A stretch of 64,000 nucleotides of DNA from Andalucia godoyi And28 (GCA_009859145.1 VRVR01000026.1:93397-157396); one strand, 5' to 3'. Shown: positions 35,061 to 46,230, numbered from the stretch's first letter. A program made the numbers and translations. Notes: a model not told the origin generated them from the letters alone.

Positions 35061-37403
35061 TCAGGGAGGTTGCAACTGCGACTCCGGCATTGAATGTGAT
35101 TGTGGGTACTGCGATGCTGTTGGCGACTGCGCGAATTGCAAACCTTGTGCAGGCACAGGACTCGTTTCCGGAGTGGGTAAAGGAGACGACGCCGAACCAG
35201 AACCAGACGCAGCAGAAGATGCGGATAAACGAGGAATCCTTGATGCAACACTCTTTTCCTTTTCTCGAAAAATCATTTCAACGGCATCACTCGACAAGAC
35301 ACCCCAGGACAGACGATCAGCGGGTGGAACCCCGTGGCTGTGAAGAAGAGATGACATTTGACCAAACGCATCCACAGCATTTTGCCGCACAGGGCCCATC
35401 AGAAGCCTTCGAATCTCGCCGTGGTGATCAAAATAAAGAAACAACTTCTTGAAAATGAGAGGCAGGCGCTCCTCCATGTGACCGACCACACGAGTCATCA
35501 GTTCTGTAACATGGTCCTTTTCAAGGTAAGAATTCTGTTCAACCGAGGTGGAGTGTCGCGAGCGCTGCAATGCCGTTGCTTTGGCAATGTGCGACAGCAG
35601 TGGATCCAGGAGCAATCGTGTCCACTCCATGACGAGGGATTCGCAGGCTCTCCGCGTCTCCTTCTCCATGTCTCGTTTTGAATCCGAACGAGATTCGCGA
35701 ATTTGCAGCCCTTTTGTGAGCCAGAGCAACAAAGACTTTCGACCAGTTAGCAGATCTGCGAAATGGGAAGTCAAACTTGCCAGATCCAGCGTCTTGTCGG
35801 TAAAAATTGCGACGGAATGGAGCTCCTCGAATGAATCTCGAAGATGAAACAGATTTCGAATGAGAAACAATTCACGGTCAATTCCAGGACTCACAGCAGA
35901 TCCAACACAAGAAGCCACACATCCTTCAATCGCTTCGAACGACACGGATTGGAATACAGAGGTATCCAAGCACGACTGCAGCATCTTCAGTAAGGTCACC
36001 GTCGCCGACACAGATCCGTAGTATGCATCGGGATTATCGATCAACACGTCTGGATACTTGGTTTCCCCAGCCGTGTGGGGTACGTAACCTCGAACATCAT
36101 CCTTGATGAAGATTTGCGTCCGGAACAGCAATCGCTCCTGCGCGTCATGCATGACTTGCTTAACAACAACCTCGAGTGGCAAAGCCCCGGGTGCATTCTG
36201 CGGAATCAGACCGCCCAGCATCGTTTCCTTGAGAAAACGCACCAATGCACACAATGCATCCACTCGTGTTTCTCTGATGATCAGTGGGCGCAAATCTTCG
36301 ACAACTCGGTAGAGGAACGATGCCACCAGTTGCGGAACGGACACCGCTGCAGTGTCGCGGAACAAAGCCGCTGCGTAATCGTACTCTTGCTTGCAAGTCG
36401 AGATGAGATCCTCCATCTTTGGACCAATGAACAAGTCTGTGAACTTTGGAATCGTAATAATCCGTGCTCTCCAGTTTCTGTAATACGAGAGAACATCCTC
36501 CAAGTACACGTCCTCTAGGGACTCGATCTTGTGTTTCAGTTGCGCCCCAAGCATGAGAATACCAATTTCTTGGTCATCTTCAACATTTGCATGTGTTCTA
36601 GTGCTCGCCACAGAAGACGCAGACGGCGTCGCCGCGTGGGAGTTTCCAACGAGAGATTGTTTCGCGCGTTTTTCCTCTCTTTGGAAAGCTCGAATCACAG
36701 AATCCCGCACAGAACCCATCATTTTTGCCTTTGCCACACGCAGTTTGGCGGCTGTCTGCCGTGCTTCCAGGTAGAACGGATGTGACTCCAGAAACGCCAA
36801 AGCTTCATCGAACCCTTGCAGATTGTCGGGAATTTCAAAATACCGAAGCCTCTGCGACAGCGAAACATGCAGCACCTGCAATTCCGACAGCTGTTTCTGC
36901 AAAGTTGTGCACAGCTCGTGGAGCGACGTAGCCCGCTGCGCGGCATCCTTTTGAAAAGTTTCCAGCTCCGCCACAGCCGCAAGTGCAGCGCCAATGTCCA
37001 CGAGCGCATCCCGAAGAAACCTCACCTGCATCTCCAACTTTAAGATTTGCTCTTCATATGCTCCTTTCGCCTCTCTCAAAAGCGTCTGTTCATGCTCCTT
37101 TTCCACAAGTTCAAAAAAGTCCATCGCTCGGATCACCGAGCTCGTCGTTCCCGTGCTCAAACCCGCACCAACACCCGCACCCGCACTCGCAGTGGAGCTC
37201 CCAGACGCATGCTGATGACCCTGTGTGAACGGGTCCCTCATCTGCACCGAGTCCAGAAACATTTGTTCCTCAGGCGTCAGCTGCGTCAAAGACTCCCATT
37301 CCGAGAGAGAAATGCTCTTCTTTTGCGGCACTACCGAACTAGCTGCAACTGGACTATTTCGACTCGGCAAGGATCGTACGGCATTCCGCGACGATGCAGC
37401 CAT
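35061..37403 (-). CDS. COG3: Conserved oligomeric Golgi complex subunit 3
   Basis: Sec34-like N-terminal coiled coil, RPLIIRETRVDALCALV, DAQERLLFRTQIFIKDDVRGY, ELFLIRNLFHLR, DSKRDMEKE. ATG at 37403. Confidence 0.88.
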   Translation of the reverse strand: MAASSRNAVRSLPSRNSPVAASSVVPQKKSISLSEWESLTQLTPEEQMFLDSVQMRDPFTQGHQHASGSSTASAGAGVGAGLSTGTTSSVIRAMDFFELVEKEHEQTLLREAKGAYEEQILKLEMQVRFLRDALVDIGAALAAVAELETFQKDAAQRATSLHELCTTLQKQLSELQVLHVSLSQRLRYFEIPDNLQGFDEALAFLESHPFYLEARQTAAKLRVAKAKMMGSVRDSVIRAFQREEKRAKQSLVGNSHAATPSASSVASTRTHANVEDDQEIGILMLGAQLKHKIESLEDVYLEDVLSYYRNWRARIITIPKFTDLFIGPKMEDLISTCKQEYDYAAALFRDTAAVSVPQLVASFLYRVVEDLRPLIIRETRVDALCALVRFLKETMLGGLIPQNAPGALPLEVVVKQVMHDAQERLLFRTQIFIKDDVRGYVPHTAGETKYPDVLIDNPDAYYGSVSATVTLLKMLQSCLDTSVFQSVSFEAIEGCVASCVGSAVSPGIDRELFLIRNLFHLRDSFEELHSVAIFTDKTLDLASLTSHFADLLTGRKSLLLWLTKGLQIRESRSDSKRDMEKETRRACESLVMEWTRLLLDPLLSHIAKATALQRSRHSTSVEQNSYLEKDHVTELMTRVVGHMEERLPLIFKKLFLYFDHHGEIRRLLMGPVRQNAVDAFGQMSSLLHSHGVPPADRLSWGVLSSDAVEMIFREKEKSVASRIPRLSASSAASGSGSASSPLPTPETSPVPAQGLQFAQSPTASQYPQSHSMPESQLQPP

Positions 37404-37866
37404 TTTCAACTTCCACTCCCCCAAGAAATCCTGTTCTATTCAGGAAGCAGAAAGCAGAAAACAGGAAGCAGGAAGCCGGTATTACGATCTACTATTTCTT
37501 CTGGAAAAAGAAGAATTGGGCAATGGGAGGCAGCGCAAGCACAAGAGCAGAGAGTGCGCAAAAGGAATAAAAACTCTTCTGGACAGCCTTCTTTTGGTTG
37601 GAAATGAACTCAATAGAATGGGCGTCTTCGTATATGCGGCGAAGCTGGATGGGAATAGTCATCCAAGTGCAGACGTCCACTAAACACTGAAATAAAAAAT
37701 GGAAAAAAGAACAGAAAGCTATCCAAGAATCATATGTACATTACAAGCCCATTTATATATGAAACAGAGAGAATGCGTTTTTGGTTGCAATCTGCAGCAG
37801 CAAGCTACGACAGATACTGCAAAGTCTTCAAGTATTTATCTTTTTAGTTTGTTGTTTTCTTCTCGA

Positions 37867-38634
37867 CGCCTACATTGTACACTAATCCACGGATAATCGT
37901 CGCTGATCACCCATAATCAATGTTGCAACCCAAGAACATGCATGGCATTGATTGGGAACGGGGTAGGCCGCAACACGCCCCTCGGCATGAGAGACGTTCC
38001 TAAGATAGATGTGGATGTTGCGCGCGCCGTTCCAATTGCAGTCGAGCGTGCATTTGCACGATGGGCAACAAAGCACACCTTGTTTCCACACAACCTACGA
38101 TGGATTTCTCCCGCAACGGCCGCACGTTTTAGACACGTATTCCTCCGTCACAAGTCGCAATCGACACCTGCCGCGCCGCTTTGCATCGGATCTGCCGCCT
38201 TTTCCCGCAGCGTCATCTGCGACGTCTCATCGAGTAGCGCATCGTCATGCACGTCGCGGGCAACGAAGCAGGTGGTGATGGCTCGCTCGACGTCGGCGAG
38301 GCAGTACATGCGATGGGACCTGACGTGGATGCTGCGGATCTTTCATGGCGGCGGTAGAGATGTCATGCGTCTTGCGCAGCGTTGCGGGCGTGACGGACAC
38401 GGTGCGTTGCATGGACAGTAAAAATAATGGAATGAAATGAAATGAGCGTCGCTGTGCGAGAATGCAACGCGGCGGTGTGTGTATAGGGTTTTCATGATCA
38501 AAATGGGACGAAACGAATCGGGCATCGTGTGACGGAGTTGCCAAGATAGCAAAAGCATGCGCATGAGCGCGTGGCAGTGTTTTTGTTTTCGTGCGCTTGA
38601 GACTGCTTCATCATATCGCAACAAGTGGCAGCGG
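37867..38634 (-). mobile_element. IS607/Fanzor-derived element, family 2, copy F (longest relic: TnpA HTH plus Fanzor C-terminus)
   Basis: TnpA-like MQRTVSVTPATLRKTHDIST.../KIRSIHVRSHRMYCLADVERAI, then LREKAA / RLVTEEYVSKTCGRCG / EIHRRLCGNKV / CCPSCKCTLDCNWNGARNI across frameshifts; both termini present. Confidence 0.9.
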
Positions 38635-38754
38635 CACTCGGCCTGTTTTGCTGCTTCATCGCTTTCATGTTTGCTGATGAAAACGTGGACGCAGTAGCAA
38701 GGAAAAGAACAAGTGCAGAGCACCCGACTGGACGTCTTGGACAGTATCTTGTCG

Positions 38755-39803
38755 ATGGATGAGCTTAAAAGAGCTCTGTATGCATTTGCAGATGCATTTC
38801 CCGAGGACGTAATGTACGTCTTTTCTCTTTTTCTTCTTTTTTCTTCTTTTCATTTTATGTTTTGTTTGTTGCTGCTGTTCCCTTTTCCCTATTCTGCGCT
38901 GTGCTCGCTTGATGCGGTGCGGTACTGTATGGTGTAAATTGAGAAATAGAGAGGGAAGGGGGAAGACTAATCAGATGTGCTCATAGACGATTTCGGGGAT
39001 ATCCGGGCAGGCTCATTTTGCGATTGATTGACGTTATTGGAGATCGAACGGTTGTGGAGCAAGCTGCAATGGCATGTGCACAACAGTCCACTGATGATGC
39101 ATTGTCACTTTCTACGCCTAATTTTGCAACAACAACAACAACCGCTACTACTACTACTACTGATGTTGGTGGTGCTGCTGGAACTTTGGACAGCCAGTTG
39201 CTGGGGCTTGAGGATTACTTGTACAATGTGCTGGACAGCAGACCGTCAGTCTATCGTCCAGCGGTGTTTACGGAAGCAATGGAGGACCTTGTACGGAGGC
39301 AGCAGAGAGATATGGAAATTTTCGAAAAGAACCGAGATAAATTCGCGGCTGCGTTTCTCCTGTCGAAAAAGTACCAGATGATGTATGGATCGCAGTTTTC
39401 GTTGATTGTGCAGAACCTGGCGAATTACCTGCGAGATCCAAAGTTCTATCTTCGTTTTGCTGCAAAGTACCTGAAGGACCAGGGACAAAAGAAACGATCG
39501 GCGGGAAAGTTGGTGATGTACCGTGGACTCTACTATCCACCAGAAACGTTGTCTGGGTTCACGGACCGTGAGAGGCATGCGGATCCGGAAGCTGTCATTC
39601 GCGATCGGCTGCGCATGTACAATCGAGAGCGGTTCGAACTCGGAAATGCAAGTGCGCGAGGCACCGCCGACGTGTCTCTCGGCGGACTACTGCCAATCAT
39701 GCGCCAAGAACTCGCAGGCACTCTCGTTCCTCTGCAATCCTCATCCTCTTCCTCTTCCTCTTCCGTCTCTTCTACCATCGCTGCCCCTCGCAACGACCGA
39801 TGA
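38755..39803 (+). CDS. Hypothetical protein, probably two exons
   Basis: Inferred exons 38755-38813 and 38987-39803 (GTACGT...CTAATC...TAG intron) join in frame. No family recognised. Confidence 0.45.
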
Positions 39804-40146
39804 TTAAGATTTCCCTCTTCTATTGTTAATCGGCATTCTAGTATTCGTCTGTCAGTTCTGACAACGGCCTGCCTTTCCAGTACCGCACATCCGGAGCGAG
39901 GGACGTGTGCTCAACGTTCTGTGACTGTCAGCAAACATTTGGTCTCTGTCGACCGCGCATCGATCAGGTGGCGAGTTTCAATATACGGATTTCCGCATCT
40001 ATGAAGAAACAGAGAATGGAGAGCACATTCTTGACCACGAGAACGTTTACGATTTCTTTCCAAGGCGCTTTCAATTGCTTCTCGCTGCTAAGAACAAAAC
40101 CAAAAACCAAAAACCAAAACAATAAAACGACAATGCAAAGGTTTGG

Positions 40147-40716
40147 TTAGACCATACCCTGCTTGCCGGGGAAAGTGTTTCCGATCTGGGGCTGCTGGAA
40201 GGCGTTTTCGGTGCGGAGACCTCTGACATTGATTTCCTTTTCGTGCTGAGCGTTGAAGAGACCCACACCGAGGCAGAACAGCAAGTCGCCGAGGGTCTTG
40301 AACGACTGGTTGCGAGTGAGGCAAGCCAACAGGGAGCACACGCAGGCCGCGTAGAAGAGGCAGTAGTCGCACGGATCATTCTTCAGGGTATATCGCTCCT
40401 GGAGCATGAAGCGGTTGGTAATCACGGCCATTCCGGGGCAGCAGCATCCTTCGCAGCAAAGGCAAAATCCAGGGCAGGGATCCGTGCACTTGCGGCAGTC
40501 AATCTTGGGATAGCATGGATGGTATCCATTGCAGCACACATACTTGGTCATGTCGTTTCCAAGCAGTGCTTTACGGTGATTTGCAATTGGAATGCATGGC
40601 AAAATACATCCAAGGATGCAAACACCAGGTTCAGCAGCACACGAACCAAAGACTGTCGTCGCCCACTCGTTGGTCGCGTTCTCGAATTGCTTGATGCGGT
40701 TACCTCCAGCTGCCAT
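40147..40716 (-). CDS. PLAC8/cornifelin-like Cys-rich protein
   Basis: W.TTVFGSCAAEPGVCILGCILPC, CCCPG.AV..NR..LQERY.L.NDPCD.CL. Confidence 0.8.
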   Translation of the reverse strand: MAAGGNRIKQFENATNEWATTVFGSCAAEPGVCILGCILPCIPIANHRKALLGNDMTKYVCCNGYHPCYPKIDCRKCTDPCPGFCLCCEGCCCPGMAVITNRFMLQERYTLKNDPCDYCLFYAACVCSLLACLTRNQSFKTLGDLLFCLGVGLFNAQHEKEINVRGLRTENAFQQPQIGNTFPGKQGMV

Positions 40717-40801
40717 TTCTCTTTCGCTTCAAAAATATGTTGAAAGTTATGTAATTCAAAAAAAAGAAAAAGAAGGAGGGTCTTTCTGAAATAGAAAACA
40801 A

Positions 40802-40871
40802 CAAAAGTCAAAAGTCAAAAGTCAAAAGTCAAAAGTCAAAAGTCAAAAGTCAAAAATCAAAAATCAAAACA
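40802..40871. repeat. 7-bp tandem repeat (CAAAAGT)n
   Basis: Seven perfect units followed by degenerate CAAAAAT units. Confidence 0.9.
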
Positions 40872-41340
40872 AAACATAAAGAAGCGAATAAGAAAAGAAA
40901 AGGGGTTTGATTTTTTGAAAGGAGTAATAAACCCGGGCTTTGGATGGCGGGTCATTCACCGTCCGGTGGCTCAGGATGGTTTGCTGCTCTTCATGGAATT
41001 GTGTCACTCTGAGTCGCTGACAGGTCTCGAGCGGGTACACAAAAAGAAAACAGAGAAGAACTTCAAAAATGGTAAATAATAAAACAATGAGATAGCCAAA
41101 TGCGGTAAGGGGGAATTTTTTTTGGGATTTCTCCAAAAAAAGGGTCTACAGCGGATAGCTCAGAGTGAAAACGTTAAACGACGCCAGGCAGCGGCACAGA
41201 ACGTACTTGGGGAGAAGAGGGAGGGAAATTTTTGTTTATGTCACAAGAAAAAAGGCTAGAGCAACAGGAAAAAGAAAAAGAAAAAGAAAAAAATAACAAA
41301 TTCAGCAACGATGGGAAGAGAGGGCCTGGCCTGGGGAGGA

Positions 41341-42921
41341 CTAGTAAGAGAAGATCTGGGCAAAGTACGAGTTGACGACCACCACAAGCCCAGTGGTCCG
41401 CATCTGGCTGGCGGATCTCTGGAACGACTGTCCAGACAGCAAGTCGGTGATCGTAATCGTGTCTCCCGAGGCAGCGGTCGCGTCTGGAACAACAACGGTT
41501 CCGCCAGCAGATGATGACGAATAGTTGATAACGCACAGGCGCTTCGTCGAACCGTAGGCCCAAGACCATGCAAACAAGACGGACGCCTGATCGCCTTGGG
41601 CAGCCAGTAACGTCCACGTTCCGAGCTTAAACACCGGATCCGCAAGAATCGGTAAGAATTTTTGGTAAAAGGACGCAACGTACGTGTTGACTGGTTCCGC
41701 ATACGATCTGCGAAGGTGCACTTCGAGCTTGTTGGCGAAGCCATTCCACTGTCCGTGGAAGTTAAATCGCATTCCCGGGAGCGTGTGCAGCACTAGCACA
41801 GCACCGACTGCTCGCTGTGGCGAACCGAAGGCCTTGATCGCAGTCTGTTCGTCATGGTTCTCCACGAAATGCGCACCCTTCATCAAGTAGCCAGCACTCT
41901 GCGAACGGATCCACTGCTGAAGACCGGAAGTGTCCGACGCCACAAGCTTGTCGTACGGCGTCTTGTCGTACGTGAAATCGAATCCAAGGGACTCCAACGT
42001 CGCCTCCGTGTTCCAGTAACACTCGGCAAGCAAAATCGTGTTGGGGTAGCTGGACCGCATCTTTGCAATGGCATCTGACCAGAACTCAGATGCGGGACGA
42101 GCGTATCCCCACGAGGACAACTGCGGTCCCCACGTCTGCTGAATGACGTCGTTGAGCAGCAACATGGTCATGTCTGTGCGAATGGCATCCGCCATCGACG
42201 CAACTTTGATCAGATTCGTCGTCATGAAATCCCTGGCTGCCGAATTCCAATAATTGATTTGAATCGTGTCCGGCCATGCCCCGGAATACGGATCCTTTCC
42301 ATAGCCAATTCCGTTGGGCATGTACAGCGTAGGGTCGTATGGCTGAGGCGCATTTCGCTGAACATGAGTGAAATACTCGGGATTTGAAACGGCGTGCGGA
42401 GTATCGACTGCAAAGTGATTTGGAACAAAGTCCAACATCAGCTTCAGCCCCATGGAGTTGAGCTGCTTTCGAAGGCTGCGGACATCATTGTCCGTTCCCA
42501 GTTCCGGATTGACCGTGTAGTCCGTCACTGCATACGGAGAACCAATGATGTCGTTCATGGAATAATCAGGAAGCACAGATCCGTATCCCTGACGAAGTGA
42601 AATATCTGTCGATCGGCACATTCCATAGGCACCAAGTGACCAAACACCCATTAACCAAACGATGTCCACACCTGCGTTCTTCAGAGACTGGAATTCCGAC
42701 ATTGGGATGTCCGTGATCTTCGTAAGAGTGCGTCCGTACTTGCTTGACAGTTCGTAGAGCCACGGTCGAGTCGAAAGCTCATACAGCGTCGGAAGCCCCG
42801 ACGACTGACCTGCAAAACGACCGCTCGCAAACAACCCCTCCATCATCCCCAGCACCCTGCAACAACTGCATCCAAGAAGAAGAAGAACAACAACAACAAC
42901 AACAAGGCACGGCTTTATCAT
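41341..42921 (-). CDS. Secreted GH13 alpha-amylase-family glycoside hydrolase
   Basis: Signal peptide; LMLDFVPNH, RTDM (nucleophile Asp), AECYW (acid/base Glu), FVENHDE; C-terminal beta-domain. Confidence 0.9.
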   Translation of the reverse strand: MIKPCLVVVVVVLLLLGCSCCRVLGMMEGLFASGRFAGQSSGLPTLYELSTRPWLYELSSKYGRTLTKITDIPMSEFQSLKNAGVDIVWLMGVWSLGAYGMCRSTDISLRQGYGSVLPDYSMNDIIGSPYAVTDYTVNPELGTDNDVRSLRKQLNSMGLKLMLDFVPNHFAVDTPHAVSNPEYFTHVQRNAPQPYDPTLYMPNGIGYGKDPYSGAWPDTIQINYWNSAARDFMTTNLIKVASMADAIRTDMTMLLLNDVIQQTWGPQLSSWGYARPASEFWSDAIAKMRSSYPNTILLAECYWNTEATLESLGFDFTYDKTPYDKLVASDTSGLQQWIRSQSAGYLMKGAHFVENHDEQTAIKAFGSPQRAVGAVLVLHTLPGMRFNFHGQWNGFANKLEVHLRRSYAEPVNTYVASFYQKFLPILADPVFKLGTWTLLAAQGDQASVLFAWSWAYGSTKRLCVINYSSSSAGGTVVVPDATAASGDTITITDLLSGQSFQRSASQMRTTGLVVVVNSYFAQIFSY

Positions 42922-43224
42922 TTTCAATCTCACCTACGAACGTGCCTTTCTTTCCCACCAAGTTTTATTGCAGTCCAATAACAAAAACCCCAAAGAAAAC
43001 GAAACTCGCAGTTTCAATGTTTTTCTCTCCGAAATCATCCGACAGTTCCTTCGATACAGGCGAGCGGAGAGATGGCGGACGTTCGTGTGTGTGAAGCGCG
43101 GTTGTCTCAGACGACGCTCAATGCTGCAGGAAACCCCCTCCGTGTGGAAAGTCTTTACGAAAACAATATGTAAAACAACAACAACAGCAACAACAATAAT
43201 AATAATAATAATAATAATAATCAA

Positions 43225-45942
43225 CTAGTACTTCGCGTAGGAGCCTCCATCGGCTGATGAAGCAGCACCGCGAGATTTCAATGCCAGCAGGATTGCGGCG
43301 GCGGAGGCAAACAGGGCCATCAACGCAAAGATGATTGCGGCAATGCTGGCACCCTTTGCAGGGTTCTCATTTCCGGTCGCTCCCTTGATACTGGCCCCCT
43401 GCGGACCAAGCGGCCCAGCACCGGCAAAGGTATACTGCGGCCCTGCAGTCAGTCCATTGCTGAGCAATACACTGAGAATGGAGGAAAAGTCTGGATTTCC
43501 AAGACCGGAGACGGCGTCCCAGCCTTCAAACGCCATGTGCGACGTGGGACACTTTGCACCAACTCCGCGAGTCTGCTTGTTGGAACCAAAACGAACATCC
43601 GTGAACGACTCGGGAAATGTACGGGCCGCTTGATACAGCATCGGATTGACGAAGCCGACACGAGGCTTGCCAGATTTCACAAGGCGATCATTCATGAGGG
43701 CAAGCATGGAGGCGGTAAGAGGGGCGGAAGCCGAGGTCCCTCCAGTCCAGCGGAACTCGCCTTGCATGAACGTCGTGAACGACTGGGCAGACACCGCAAT
43801 ATCGGGGACCTGGCGGTTCTCGAAATGAATGCTCGGTGCCATTGCAGGATTCATCATCTTGAAATACTCCTCGTACTCGACCCCGAAACCGCGTTGATAA
43901 TCTGGTTTGGGGTGGACCTGTGAGTATCCTCCGCCCGAGTCAATCATGCCGCCGTATTCTGCGCTGACTCCGACATCCGAGAAAATTGCAGAAGAGGCAT
44001 AATCAAGCGTGAGACGCGACGTGCCACCTCGAATGCGCATCGTTCCACCAACACCGAGAACCCACGGAGAAGAAGCGGGAAAATCAGTGCACCACATTGC
44101 GCACGTGCAAAAACCCTGGATTGGGAACAGATTGTCCAGCACACCGTCATCGCCGGAAGCGAGAACAATGGTGTATCCCATCAGTGCCGCTTGTTGAAAA
44201 TACTGATCCACTTGGGCCATTGCAGCGGTGCCCCACATGGGCTCAGGGTCGCCCCAACTGATGGAATGTACAAAACTTGCTGGTCGAAATGTAGGAATCA
44301 ACGAAGCATAGATGACAAAGCCAGAGTGGAAATCTTGATTTAGAGTGGAATAGAACGAGTGGCGAAGGCCTCGGCCCATTGCCACAATCGTTTGGATGTC
44401 CAAAGTTCCTTCTCCGTATCCAAATTGCACACCTGCGGTGGCGTTGCCGTCACCAAACTTGTCGACACGCGCTCGACCGAACCCCAATGCGTCCGTAAAC
44501 AGGGCAAGATCAGAATCAAGATAACTTTCTCCAACAAACTGGGCAACCAAGACGCCTTCACGATCCTCCCACTCCTGCATATTGGGAAACGCGCCGGAGA
44601 AGGACATTCGCATGTTTTGAGGAACGCTGTATATCGTCTGCAACTCGGTGGGATCACTAGTGGCAGACAGCCTGAAGAAGACGTCTGAAAACGTCTTGGT
44701 GATGTTCAGCTGGGACGAGCTCACATATGCAACCAGAATACCCTGGTACGTCGCACCTTGGCGCACAAGCGACTCCGAGATGGTCATTTTAGCATACACG
44801 AATGGAGCACCATCTGGAAGGATCGCCGACGCAGCCAGAGTGTTGAAAATGCAAGGAGGACTGGCGTCATCCCCAAGTATGACCTCACACACATCGATCA
44901 TAAAAGACGGGGTAATCAACCCAAACTGTTCGCAAGACGGAGGTAATGGAACACTGGCCGAGCCCAGCATATTGATAACAAACGGTCCACTCGAGTTGAA
45001 GCACGGAAGAGCAACCTCCAACACTGCGTCATTTCCGTCACCAACCGCCTTCACCATTGACGAAACACTGCCAATCGGCAAATTATCAACAGGAAACGGC
45101 GAAATCGCAAACATCGGCGCCGCATTCAGCACATTCCCTTCCGATGATTTAACAGAACCTCTTGGCTTATTCTCTGACGCCTTCTTCGACGACGTCTTGG
45201 ACTCGGACTTGGGCTTCTGTCTGGGTTTGGCATTTCTCGCGCGGCCAGAAACAAGGTGCGATTGATGCACGAAGTCTGTGAAGCCACCCACAAAAGACAC
45301 AACCTCTGCAACCTCTTCCGGCAAAGAAGGCTGACTGTTCATCGCAGGTCGAACGATCCAGGTATGCTTGCTCGATCCATGGACGTACATGTGCATTTCC
45401 ACACCAAACAGCGATTCAATCTCTGCTGCTGAAGGTTCGTGCAACAGCACAATCATTCCGGACCGAACGATTTCAACCCTTGCGTCGCTGGCATCACCAA
45501 CCATGGCTGTGGTCTCCTTGATGTGCGCAATGACTGTTTCGACATCCTTTGGCTCTGGCGCAAATGCCTGGTCGACTTCCTCCAGCGTCCAATACTGTCC
45601 ATAATTGGGACTGGCAGGGTTCGAAATGTCCAATGCGAGTTTCTCGAGCTGTTCCGCATCTCGCAGCTTGAGTGCAAACATGACAACTGAGCCTGGAGTA
45701 CCTTGGATTCGGGAGTCGGGCGATGCGCGTCCTTTCGAAGTCCAATCGAGAGCTGCATAATTCACTGAAAACGTCGACGCAACATGCTGCTCATGGAACT
45801 TTGCATGGTTCAAAGTTGGATTCGTAGCGGTAGAAACCGGAACACGACCTCCTGCCCCCGGCGTCGCCGCCCATCCAATCGTCAAGCAGCACGAAGCCAA
45901 AACCAAAACCAAAACCAAAAACGCAAGCAGGAATGACTTCAT
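43225..45942 (-). CDS. Sedolisin / tripeptidyl-peptidase I-like (S53) protease with C-terminal TM helix
   Basis: Signal peptide, pro-domain (DISNPASPNYGQYWT), EGTLD, SISWG, ASGDDG, VPDIA, GGTSASAP, GWDAVSGLG; hydrophobic C-terminal helix. ATG at 45942. Confidence 0.9.
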   Translation of the reverse strand: MKSFLLAFLVLVLVLASCCLTIGWAATPGAGGRVPVSTATNPTLNHAKFHEQHVASTFSVNYAALDWTSKGRASPDSRIQGTPGSVVMFALKLRDAEQLEKLALDISNPASPNYGQYWTLEEVDQAFAPEPKDVETVIAHIKETTAMVGDASDARVEIVRSGMIVLLHEPSAAEIESLFGVEMHMYVHGSSKHTWIVRPAMNSQPSLPEEVAEVVSFVGGFTDFVHQSHLVSGRARNAKPRQKPKSESKTSSKKASENKPRGSVKSSEGNVLNAAPMFAISPFPVDNLPIGSVSSMVKAVGDGNDAVLEVALPCFNSSGPFVINMLGSASVPLPPSCEQFGLITPSFMIDVCEVILGDDASPPCIFNTLAASAILPDGAPFVYAKMTISESLVRQGATYQGILVAYVSSSQLNITKTFSDVFFRLSATSDPTELQTIYSVPQNMRMSFSGAFPNMQEWEDREGVLVAQFVGESYLDSDLALFTDALGFGRARVDKFGDGNATAGVQFGYGEGTLDIQTIVAMGRGLRHSFYSTLNQDFHSGFVIYASLIPTFRPASFVHSISWGDPEPMWGTAAMAQVDQYFQQAALMGYTIVLASGDDGVLDNLFPIQGFCTCAMWCTDFPASSPWVLGVGGTMRIRGGTSRLTLDYASSAIFSDVGVSAEYGGMIDSGGGYSQVHPKPDYQRGFGVEYEEYFKMMNPAMAPSIHFENRQVPDIAVSAQSFTTFMQGEFRWTGGTSASAPLTASMLALMNDRLVKSGKPRVGFVNPMLYQAARTFPESFTDVRFGSNKQTRGVGAKCPTSHMAFEGWDAVSGLGNPDFSSILSVLLSNGLTAGPQYTFAGAGPLGPQGASIKGATGNENPAKGASIAAIIFALMALFASAAAILLALKSRGAASSADGGSYAKY

Positions 45943-46230
45943 CTCGCGATTCACCAACAACAGCAACCACAGAAAGAAGGAATGAATGAATGAATAAGAA
46001 GACGGGAAAAAGAGCGGAAAAAAGAGTGCTGAAGAGAAAGCGAAAGCATTGAAATGAAAGCCCTGAATGGCAGCAAAACACATCCAAGTTCAGGCGCATC
46101 AGCTGCTGTAAAAAGCTTGCACTCTCGTAATGAGTGTGCTTGGATTTTCATCTGTTCGATCTTCCTGTGTTGTTGTTGTTGTATGACTGTGAACGTTAGG
46201 CAGGAGGGAAAAGATCAGAGTACAAGGAAA

